Both the position numbers and the translations under genes were made by a program. A DNA stretch of 64,000 nucleotides from assembly GCA_044226015.1 (NCBI GenBank), contig JBGAHS010000005.1, forward strand, positions 32,001 through 96,000. Direction: 5' to 3'. The DNA comes from Candidatus Obscuribacteraceae bacterium. GTDB lineage: Bacteria; Cyanobacteriota; Vampirovibrionia; Obscuribacterales; Obscuribacteraceae. Shown here one piece after another: positions 17,332 to 29,300 of the stretch. How positions within the stretch are numbered: position 1 is the first letter of the stretch; every line of letters begins with the position of its first letter. Below the pieces are notes generated by a model. The model did no database searches. It saw only the letters and a program-made list of their open reading frames with translations, and had not been told where the DNA came from.

Positions 17332-20300
17332 ATGACTAAGCGAGCTGGTTTCCTTCGTCGTAGTAATAAGAGAGGAGTCAGCAAGAAGACGCTGACAGCT
17401 CTGTCATTGCTGTCACTCTTCGCACAGTGCTCTGCGGCCGAAGCTCAGGTTCACACCGGAGGCGCAACCAGACCCGGTTCGAAGGACAACACTCCATTGA
17501 TTTCCGGTGAAAACTTAACGGGCAGCCAAATTGCCCAACAGCTTAATTCAGGGTCAAAGTATTTCAAGCTTCAGACGACTACACCTATTGTTGGTGATTT
17601 GGTGATTCCAAAAGGTGTGACGCTCGTTAACATGGTGGCCGCTAGTACCTCCATTTTGAACGTCACTGGCAATCTTATCGATTCGGGCAAACTAGTTTTT
17701 CGTGCGAGCAGTCCACTTATAGATCAGGCTAATCTCGCTGCTTCGAATGTTGTTGTAAATCCTGGTGCGTTGATTAGCAGCCTCAACAATCTCAATTTGA
17801 ACATACACGCACTGAACAACATCGTTAATGCTGGTACCATATCTAGTGCGGCCAATTTAAATCTGACGGCCGGTGGTTCGATTGTGAATGCTCTTCCTGC
17901 TGGTGTCACAGGAGCTGCTCCATTGATGCAGGCTGCACAGAATTTGAACCTTATCACTGGCTCTGGAATTATAACGAATTCCGGTGTTATCAGCGCAATG
18001 AGCGGCAATGTGAATATTGCAGCTGTTACGGCAAGTCAGTCATTGAAGATCGACAACGTGCTTGGCAGTATTCAGGCAGCGAATGCCATAAATGTTCGTG
18101 ATGCCCTTTATACAGGTTTCGGCAATCTAAATCTAAGCGGCGGTGATCTGATTTCGCAAACCCTTAATTTGAACTCTGGTAAGGGGACCGTCGATGTAAT
18201 TGCAAACAACATCACTGGCGTCATAAACGTTAGTGCATGCAATGCGCACATTGGTGCTCTAGCAAGCCCAGAATTGAAGCTTGGCGTTTTGAACGTTTCT
18301 GACGACCCTACATATTTCAACACTGGTGGGGATGTTTCTATCAATAGTAATATCAGCACCAATGGCACTGATCTGGCTATTCTCGCGAGTGGAAATGTTT
18401 CTATTAATAAGGCTACGATTGACACAAGTGGTGCTGGCAATGCGGGTAATCTATTGATAGTTGCCGGGGCTGAACTATCCGGTGCAGCAAGCGGACAAGT
18501 TGACAATGACACTACAACCAACATCACTATAGCCAATGGCGCGGGCAGCGGTGGAGGAAGCAAGAGCGGCGGAAACGTGTTGATTGATTCTGCCAGCTCG
18601 ATATCTACGAAAGGATCCAGCAATGGAAATGGTGGCAGTGTCCAGATTTTTGCTTACAGTGGAGATACTAATGCAGGCAGTGTCCAAGTCAATAACAGTA
18701 TTCAAACTGGTGGAAATGGCACTGGGAAAAATGGAAACGTCACAATTATTGCACCCGGTGCAGCAAACGGCGATGCGATAAACGTCAGCAGCATAAGCAC
18801 TCAGGGCAGTACGGCTCTGTCAGCTACAGGAACCATAACTCTGACAGCTGGCTCACCTACCATAACTGGTGGTAATATTTCGGTTTTGAATGGCACTCCT
18901 AGCGGTGGCACATTCATCGCGGGAAGCATTGGAGCAGGGAATATCGTTACCAATGGGGCACTGAGCACTAATGGCTCCGGGGTTCAATTAGCCACCGCAG
19001 GCAAAATCATTGTTGGTGGAAATGTGCAAACTGATGCAGAAGCATCACAGTTTAATCAAAATGCTGGAGCTATAGCTCTTCTTGCTGGTGGCGATATCTC
19101 GGCTAGTGGCAAAACACAACTTGCTTTTACTAGCACCAGTTTCAACAGCGGAGCCGACATGACTTTGTTGGCCGGTGTCGCTCTTTCTGCAGATAATACT
19201 TCTGCATCAAAGGTAATTGCAACTGGCGCATCGTCCACTGGGGGAAACATAGATTTTGGCAATGCCAATGGTGGTCCTGGTGCCACATTCAACACAGCAA
19301 CCGGAAAAGCCACGTTCGGAAATAGTGGTAATTTCCGTGCCATGGCATTTAATGGTGGCATTGGTAACAAGGGTCATATTGAACTTCTTACAGGCGCAAC
19401 GTCTGTCAACACTGGGTCGCCTTCAAATCAAGACTTCAGCGGTTCAATAAATCTGATTGCCGGTGCCAATTCTGGTGTAGGTATTTCATCGGGAAATTTG
19501 GACTCCAGGCAGGGAAATGGAAACCCTAATTCTGGAACCATAAATTTGCAGACTGCAACACCACAAATAACCGCGTCTATCACCTTTACCAACGGAAAAC
19601 CTGGAGCCTCATCTTACTCTGTAGGTACCACCCAAGCATCATCGATTGTTGTTGGTTCTATCACTAGCCCTGGTGGTTCCATAACGGTAAATTCTGGCAC
19701 AAGTACCACACTCAACGGATCTATAAATGTTCTTCCCATTGCTCCATTTAGCGCCCCTAACGTCACATTGACCAGTGTTGGAGCATTGACGGTTCTTGGT
19801 GGCAGCTCTGGGCAGATTAAAGTCAATGGTGCTTTGTCTGGTAGCAACCCGAGTGGCATCATTAATGTCAGTGCTTCAAATATTGTTGTAAGCGGCACTG
19901 GTCCGTGGCTAGTGAATGCTGATGCCCAAGCTGGTACTGCTAATGGTGGCAAGGTTACGATCACGCAAACCGGCTCAGGTGGACTTACTATAGGAACTTC
20001 AACAACAGGCAACAATATTCAGGTGTCCGCGATTGGTGGCACCACAGGAGGCAATGGGGGGATCGTCAACCTCAACAGTGGCGGCAACCTGGTGGTCGAC
20101 CCAGTCGCTGTCACCGCTTCCCCTGCTGGCGTCGGTACTGGCAAAGGTGCTCAGTTCGCCTTCTCTGCGGGCACAGCAGGGTCGGGTAATTTGAACATCA
20201 GTGGTTCTCTCAACGCAAATAGTACAAACACCGGTGATGGTGGCAGTATTAGTTTGACCTCTAACAGCAGTTCGGCGTTTCTTGTTAACGGCAATAAGGT

Positions 20301-23300
20301 CAATTTCGTAAATGGTACATTGTCAGCCAATGCTGGTACCGCAGGAAATGCTGGTTCGATCAGTATATTCAATAATGGAACGGGCGGCGTCACTCTGAGC
20401 AATCCAGCTGATGTCACCGCTACGGCAGGAATTGGCGGAAACGGAGCGAAAATTGACATCGAGTCTGCTGGTCCTGTGACGATAGGCAGTGGTCTTCTCA
20501 GCGCTGACCCACAAGGTGCTGGCGCTGGTGGCAGCATTGTATTAATTGGTTCATCAGTGCTGCTTCCCACTACAGGTGGTGGGCTGCTAGCTTCTACCGG
20601 TAGTGGCACCATCACTGTGCGCGCTTTGACTGCAGCTAATACCAACATTAATACAATTAACTTTCTTTCGGCTAAGTCTATCGAACTTATTTCAGATAGT
20701 GGCAGCTTTACTTTAGGAGCAAACACTATTAATGCCTCCTCTTCGGCGGCTCTGGTGACAAAGAGCAATATTACTTCTCTTACTGGAATCGCTTCTGTTC
20801 CGAACCTGACACTAGTCTCTACTGGAGGAAATATTGGCGTCGATGGCGATACTGGGCGACTCTCAGTTAGTGCAGCTAATGTCACCTTGAAGGCATTTGG
20901 TTCGGTCTGGGTTACGGACAGTTCAGCTGGTGACGGAAACGGTGATATCAACTTCCAAGATTCTGTAGTTGCTGGAACCCCATACGTTAATGGGGCAGCT
21001 AATACATTCTCCTTTTTCGCTTCTGGAATAAGCCCTGGCAAATCCATTAAAAGTGCTGGGGGCGTCGCAATTCTCGCGAATGATCTGGATATCAGTTCTA
21101 CCGGTGGTCTATCTCTGGCTGGTGCTATAACAGTTACGAACACAGCTGCTTTTATTTCGAACGATTCCATTCTTAGCAGCTCGGTAGCATCTTTGAGTAG
21201 CAATGCCGTAGTTCTGTTTGCGACAGGTACAGGTGCTTCAATAGGTGCCGATGTGAACAATCGCGTGACGGTTAAGGCTAGTACAGTGACAGCTAGTGCA
21301 ACTGATGGCTCTGTATTTTTGAAGGTTAACAGCACTGGCGATGTTAGCGGAAACATCAATCTTGTAAATGCAAAGGTTGGGTCCAATCAGATTACAAACT
21401 CTGCTAAAGATACATTCTCGTTATTCGCAATTGGAATCAGTAGTGGGAATGTTCTAGCTAGTGCTGGGGTTTCTGCTTCAGATATTGTAATAACTTCAAC
21501 TGGTGGCATTGCTGGCACTCTCACTGGCGGGAATTCAGTTGCTCTAATCTCGACTAATTCACTTAGTTCTTCCGTTTCTGTTTCAGCACCGAATGTAGTG
21601 TTAGCGGCTACTGGTACTTTAAGCAGTATTGGAACTGACTCTGGGGTGGGCCGATTTAAAGTTAGTGGTGCTACGAACTTGACTTTGAACGCTCCTGGAT
21701 TTGCCTCTGTTTGGGTTACTGATACTGCCTCTGGCAGTGTTAACTTAGTCGATGCAACAGTAGAAGGTTCTTCGTTTACCAACAAGGCAGGGCAGACATT
21801 CTCTCTAGTAGCGAACATTCCTTCAGGTAGTTCGCTTGTAACTAAGGCTGGAGTAGGAGTTACTGCTACAGACATCGACCTGAGCTCGTCAGGCGGAATC
21901 GCTCTTGCTGGTAACACTGTCGGTACCAGTAGTGTTGCTTTGGTTTCTAATGATTCCATTCTGACTTTAACTGGAGTTACGGCACCAATATTATTGTTGG
22001 CTGCGACGGGAAGCAGCTCTAGTGTCGGAACTAGCTCTTTGTCAAGACTGACAGTGAATGCCGAAAGCATTACTCTAAGTGCACCGGCTGGAGTATTTGT
22101 TCGGGACACTTCAGCTGGCGATCTCTTTGGAAACATCAATTTAGTTAACGCTACCGTAAACGGAACAAAATATACCAACAGCTCAAATGGTGTTTACAGT
22201 CTGGTAGCTGACGGCATCGGCATTGGCAATATTGATATCAATGCAGGCTCAACTGTTTCGGGCGATAGTGTCAATTTTACTTCCACTGGCGGTATTGCAA
22301 ATAGTGGCACAATAACAGCTACAACCAATGCAGCATTCGTTTCGAACAATTCCATTACCAGCATAGGAAGTGTCAGCTCATCGTCCCTGACCTTGGCTGC
22401 TACAGGCGTTGGTTCGAAGATAGGAGTTGATGCTAACAATCGACTTACTGTTTCGGCGGCAACTCTGACTGCTTTTGGTAATGCTGTATTCATAACGAAC
22501 ACATCGAAGGGTGACAGCAACGGTAATGTTACGCTGACTTCGGCTTCCGTTAATGGTGTTCTATATGACAATGCGACGGGGGCTGGTGCTTTTTCAATTA
22601 ATGCAAACGGAATTGCCAGTGGCAAAAATCTGATAGTTGCCTCTGGGAAGTTTGTTAATAGCCCCTTTGAAATAGTACTCAAATCATCTGGTGGCGTCTC
22701 TATACAGGGCATACTCAGCGCTAGTGACATCAGTCTTATAAGCAGCGACAGCATCAACAATTCCTCATTGACAGGTTTACTGGGCTGTACGCATCTTACG
22801 CTTGTTGCGACGGGCTCGAAGTCTTCAATTGGGTCGAGTGCTTCTCCGTTGCAGCTTAACCATTCAGGATTGACAGCTCAGGCACTAAACGGTTCAGTCT
22901 TCATTGATGACAGTACCACTGGTGATGGCTCGGGTAATTTGAACTTGCTGAATGCTACGGTTGAAGGCGTCTCATATGAGAACAAGGCTGGAACTACATG
23001 GTCACTGTTTGCTAACAACATAGCGGCTGGAAAATCTGTTGTTTCCGCAAGTGGCGTAAATATCACAGCTCCGGCAGTGCAACTCTACTCAGGAGGCGGC
23101 TACAAGCTTGCGGGTAACATAGTTGCTTCGACCAGTGCTGCCATTACTTGCGATGATTCCATTCTCGCTAGTTCACTGACAGGAAAAGTTACGACTCCGT
23201 CTCTCACTTTGTATGTTTATGATAGTACGAGCGATATTGGCACAAGCAGTGCCTCTCGTCTGACTGTCGACGCAGCAAGTTTGAGCTTGTTTGGGCGAAA

Positions 23301-26300
23301 TGTATGGGTAAGCGATGTATCGGCAGGAGATGCCAACGGCAACGTTAATTTGATAAATGGTACTGCTTTTGGCAGTTCATCCTTTGTTAATAGCGCTACT
23401 GCCACCTATTCATTGATTGTTAGTGGAATTGCGAGCGGACATTCTGTTAAGAGCGCCGCGGGTGTCAATGTCAACGGTGCGGCTGTCGAGTTGCAATCGT
23501 CAGGTGGTTTCTCTATGAGCGGTGACATCACCGCAACAGCTTCAATAGCTCTAGTAGCGTTGGATTCAATTCCTTCTCTCGGGAATGTTTCTGCACCAGT
23601 TGTGGTGCTGGCCGTCACTGGTTCGGGCTCTACTGTAGGAAAGTCCGGAGCTCCACTGTCCATTGACGCAGGTAGCTTTACGTTTAGCGCGCCCAATGGC
23701 GGGTCTGTTCTCGTAAACAATGTAAGTACGGGTGTGATTGCTGCTGTAGATTCATCAGCATTTGGTTCGCCTTACACAAACACTGCCGGTAATACCTATC
23801 AGCTTGCTGCTGGCAGCGCGACGATCGTTTCTATTACGGGCGCTGATGTCAGTGCTGCCAACGTAAATCTAGCATCGGGCGGCGATATGGATGTGACAGG
23901 AGCACATATTAAAGCAAATAATATAGATTTAGCGGCTGGAAATACGCTGACAATAACTGATAATGCAATTACAGCTCAAAGCAACGCGGTCGATGGTTCA
24001 GGTGGTAGCGTCACAGTTAGTGCAGGGTCAATCGTAGGAGCGCTGAACTCCACAATTACTCTAACAGCCAATGGTAAGGATAATAGTAGTTCGCCGGCAG
24101 GAGGCTTTGTAAATGTCACACAAGCTTCGTCATTTTCTGTGGGTTCTGGCAAAGGTGAGTTTACGCTTGCTGCCAATGCAGGACAGGGAGTGTCAGACAT
24201 AGCAAAGGGAGGAAACATCGCCCTTGCTGTCAGTGGTGGCACGGCTAACTCTATCACCATCGACCCGGCTTTCATGAGTCTGAAGTCGGGGAAGGCAGGC
24301 GGCTCGGGCGGCTCTCTGTCGCTGATTTCAACTGGTGCTATTGTATTCCCCACCTCGTCTTCCATTGATGTAAGTGCTAGTGGAACCGGCTCATTCTCTG
24401 GTGGCACTGTGTTAATGTCAGCTGATAAAATCACATTCAACGCTGCGCAAAAACTTTCAATAAGTGCAAATGCTGCAAGCAGTGGTGATGGAGGCTCGAT
24501 ACAAGTCTCGTCGACTGGAGCGGCAAGCAGTCTAAGTGTGGGTAATTCTGCTGGACAGTTTTCTCTCTCTGCTAAGGCTGGCTCTACATCTGGCAATGGT
24601 GGCAGTGTTCAAGTAGTGAGCGGTGGTTCTCTTGTTTTTTCGAGCGTCGGTGTTTCTGTTGATGCTTCGGCAGGAGGAGGAAATGGTGGCAGCGTTTCAA
24701 TGACTGCCACTGGCGCGCTAACTCTGAGTGAATCAAGCTATAACTATGATGGAGTAGGAAATGGCAGCGGTGGTTTCGTACATTTCGAAGGCGGGTCCAT
24801 TAGCAGTTCAAATCTCACGATATCTGCCCGAAGTGGTACGAGCGGCTCGGGAAGCGGCGGAGCTATCGAGTATAAGGTTAATGGATCCAGCGACATAGCA
24901 ATTGATACCCCCACAGGTCTAAACTTGATCGCCTCTGGTGGTTCAGTTGCTTCTATCACCGGTGCCGGTGGCAGAGTAAGCGTAACAACTGCTGGGAAAA
25001 TCAGTGTAAACCCTGCTGCCATAAAGGTTGCTCCCTTAGGCACAAATGGTAATGGTGGAACCATTCAGTTGAGCGGTAGTACTATTTCGAAAGTTGGAGG
25101 CGGTCGGCTTGATCTCAGTGTAGCGGGAGTGGGCGCGGGGAATGGTGGCACTCTAACGCTTACTCAGTCAACTACGTCTGCTCAATCGGTTGGCTCATCA
25201 GCTAGCTCAAATTTCTCCTTGAATGCCAATGCTGGTAGCGGAGGTGGTATCGGTGGAACTATAGAGATAAATACGGGCGGCAATTTGACAGTTGACCCAG
25301 CAGGACTCTCGATTCTTGCGTCGTCTCCAAACACTACCGAGCTTGCTTCTGGAGGGACACTGATATTAGCCTCTGGAGCTAATCTATTCATCTCGGGCAA
25401 TTTGAGTGCCAGTTCCGCTGGGAAAAATGCCAGCAGCATCGGCGGAAGCATTACACTGCAGTCTAAAAGTGCCACAGCATTCCTCATTGGGAACGGCACC
25501 ATCAATGGTATCAAGGGAACGCTTTCTGTGAACGGGGTTTCTAACAATGGAACCATCAATGTAAGCAATAAGGGCGGCGGTGTTAGTGATAATCAGGCGA
25601 GTATGAATGCTCAGTTCATTTTGCTGTCCACCGGAAATAATGGAAATTTGCTTATTAATGGTGCTCTGGGCGGAGCTTCCACCCAACAGGTTACCTTGCA
25701 CTCCAACGGAAAAGGAACTGTAACCAGTGCTCAAAGCATTCAATCTGCTGTTGTTCGTGTAACAGGTGATTCTGGGAACGTGAGTCTAACGAAGCTAAAC
25801 GTCAGTAAGGCTACAGATATCTCAGTTGAAAATTCTGCGAGTTCTAACATAACAATTACAGGTGTTATTGATAAGAGTCAGACGGCAAGTACGCTTACTG
25901 TGTCGGGCATCTCGATCGGAAATCTTGTAAATGTAAGTACTGTTGGTAATCTTGCCGTAGGAAATGTGGTTGGTAACGTCGTAACGTTAAAATCAACCGG
26001 AACAACGAATCAAACTCTGAGTGTTAGTGCCCCTGTCAGTGCTACTACTGGTGATATCATTCTTTCTGCACCAGGAAACATCACGCTATCGGGTAACTTA
26101 AACGCTGCCGGTTCTGTAAAAGTAAACACCAGCTCTGGTGATATTTCCAGCTCTGCTCCTATGAAAGCTGGGGCGAAAGGCTCTGTTGCCCTCGTTGCGA
26201 CTAAAGGCTCAATATCTGCATCAGATGACCTGAGTGCTGGCGTCAAAGTTAGCTTGTCCGCATTGAAAGGCAGCGTAACTTTGGCTTCTGTGGGGCAGAA

Positions 26301-29300
26301 TGCCAGCACTCCAGCATTGGAAGTTAATTCGCTGAACAGCATAGTCAACAACGGTTTGATTACTGTAACCAACACGGTGAGTGAGAAGACTACGGGGACA
26401 AATGCCTCAATCACTGTGAATGAAGACATGCTGGTGACTGCTGCGGCTGGCACACTATTGCTGAACACATCTGGAAGCGGAAGTGATATCAATACTGCGG
26501 TCAATCATGATTTGAGCGCGGGCAAATCTATTTCGATAATTGCTAGCAAAGGCAATTTAGGTATCGACTCAAATTTAGGTTCCAACAGCTCTACCCTCAG
26601 TACCGCAACACTGACCGGGTTGGGAGTGGTGACTGTGAACGGATCTATCTCTGGTTTGAGCACTACCAAGGTTGGTATCACTGCCACCGCCACGACTGGT
26701 GATGTGAACATCGGTAGCGGAGTTGATTTATCTGCCGGCGGGGTCATCTACGCTATTTCTGGTGCTGATGTTTCACTTAATGTTTCATCGAATATTGGCA
26801 GCAACACTGTCCCGTTAGCCCTGAGCGCAAAGACATCGCTAACGGTCGTTAGCCCCTCTCTGGTGAATCTGAAAAATACTGCGGCGGCTTCACCAGCTGC
26901 ACCATTTACTTTGAATAGTTCAAGCGCCGGCTCGTCGTTTAAGTTGTTAGCAACTGGAAGTTTCGTTAGTAAAGGTGTGTCATCTCCAACCGTTGACCTC
27001 ACTGGTGCAAATATCACTCTCGATGGAAACGTGGGCGGTGTCGGCAGCACATCGGTCAGTTTGACCGCGACTGGCACAGGTTCGATAACAAACAAGTCTG
27101 GTGTCATCTCTGTTGATAGCAGTAAAGGTGCGGTGACGTTGAACTCTGGTTCAGGTGCCATTGGTGGCAGCTCTGCCATTCAAGTGAACACACCCGTTCT
27201 GAACATTGCAAGTCTTGGCGATGTGAAAGTGAACAATTCTGGTGCCGCTGCTCTTACGGTCAACACTCCGACTAGTACATCGAAGAGCTTCACAGTCTCT
27301 TCCAACGGCGCTATGGTTATTGCGAGCAACGTTCCTAATGCTAGTAGCATTATCTTGAGCACGGTTAATGGCAATATAACGCTGCAGGGAAATCTTGGAA
27401 AATCAAGCACTACATCTATTAATCTCTCTGCTGGCGGTTCTGGTGCAATTGTTCAAAATGGAAAGACCATACAAGCTGTTGGCGTAGTGCTGGCAAGCAA
27501 CTCGACTGATATCGGTACAGTCGGAACACCGTTTGTGGTGGCAGCAAGTAAGACCATCCAAGTAAATGCCGGGGGAACCGGTAATGTAATTCTTGTAAAC
27601 TCTGGAACGGCTCCTTTGACTTTGAATACTTCTAGTGCGGGTGCATCATTTGATTTCTCTACTGCAAGCAATCTCACAGCGGGGGCGGTTTCAGCAGGCT
27701 CTGGCTCTAGCATAAAGCTGACCACGACAGGAACCAATCACAGCATTTTGATTGCTGGTGCTGTTGGGAACGCTGGTGTCAATAGTATCGAACTGACAGC
27801 TACAGGAACGGGAACCATTACGAAGTCTGGTGCTGCGGCAATTCTCCATTCGGATTCTGTTTCGTTGAAATCTGGTTCGGGAAATATCGGGACTGCCACC
27901 GGCGGTGTTCTAATTGAGGATGCTGCGACTCTCGTTGTGAGTACTGGCGGTAAAGCACTCGTTAATGTTACTGGCACCGTTGATCTAACTTCGAACAATC
28001 TTACGGTGTCAGCATTGTCCACCTTCGGTACTGGTGCTGTTACGATTAGCTCTCAAGCTGGTTTGACAGTTCCCGGCATTAGCACTGCAGGTAATATCAC
28101 TTTGTCAACTACAAATAATGGCGCTTTGACTGTTTCAGGCAATCTCACAAGCACCGCAGCTGCTGGTGTCATAAGTTTGCTGGCGGAAGACGCTGGTACA
28201 ATCACGCAAAGCGGTGTTTCGTTATTCAAAGCTGCTACCATAAATATGAAAACGGGTGCGAATGGAACAATCGGCACTAATCTCAAATCACTGCAAATTG
28301 ATGCGACCAACATAAGTGCCAGCTCGACAGGCACCGGGTTGGTGAATCTGACTAATAATCGCAGCACTGCAACAACGCTTAATTCGTCTAGTTCTGGAAG
28401 TGGCGGTTTTGTTCTCAATACCGCTAGCTTAGTCACTACCATAAAGGGAATCAGTACGGCGCCAGGTGATATAACTCTGTCAGCAAGCAATGGTTCCTTT
28501 GTGATGGGTGGGACAGTAGGCAGTCCTAGTGCTAATAGCATCAACATCACAGCGACTAATGGCAGCATCACTCAAAGTGGTTCCAGTGCCATTCAAGGAG
28601 CCTCTGTAAATCTCTCTGTTTCTGGGGCTTCAAGCTCTGTTGGAACTGCAGCTGCTGTAAATGTGAACACTCCCAGTCTTGCCGCGAGCACCTCGCCTTC
28701 GGGAACGGGCTCAGTTAACTTGAACAATACATTCACGGGAGCAAGCGTGCTTAGCAATTCTAACGCTGCAGCTGCTTTCACTCTGAAGTCCGCTGGAACT
28801 AGTACAAGCTTGAACAGCATTCTGGCTGGAAATGGTTCTGTGGCTGGAAACATCGCTATAACAGCGGCTAAAGGAACTCTGCAAACTTTACCGGGAGCTG
28901 TGCTCGCGTCTACCGGTGGATTCTTAACGCTGACCAATTCTGATAAAACTGCTGGCAACATAATTATTGGAGCAGGCTCGCAACTCTCTACTTCGGGACC
29001 AAGCGGTAAGAATGTGAGCATTTTGATAGGCTCAACAACGACAACAGTTGGACCGGTTCCTACTAACGTTAACTACACTGTTGATGGCAAGCCAGTTTCC
29101 TCTGGTAGTCTGCCTCCCAACACCTTTATTTTTGGAAGCAACGGAATAAACGTAACCAATCAATCTACAGTCGATATGAATGTTCTTGGTGGAGCTAAAG
29201 TTATATTCAACACTGGTACTCGTCCTGCAAGTGCAATCACCGTTGATGGTTCTGGAACCACTACACACACTGTTATCACAGCTGACCCGCCCGTAGTTGT

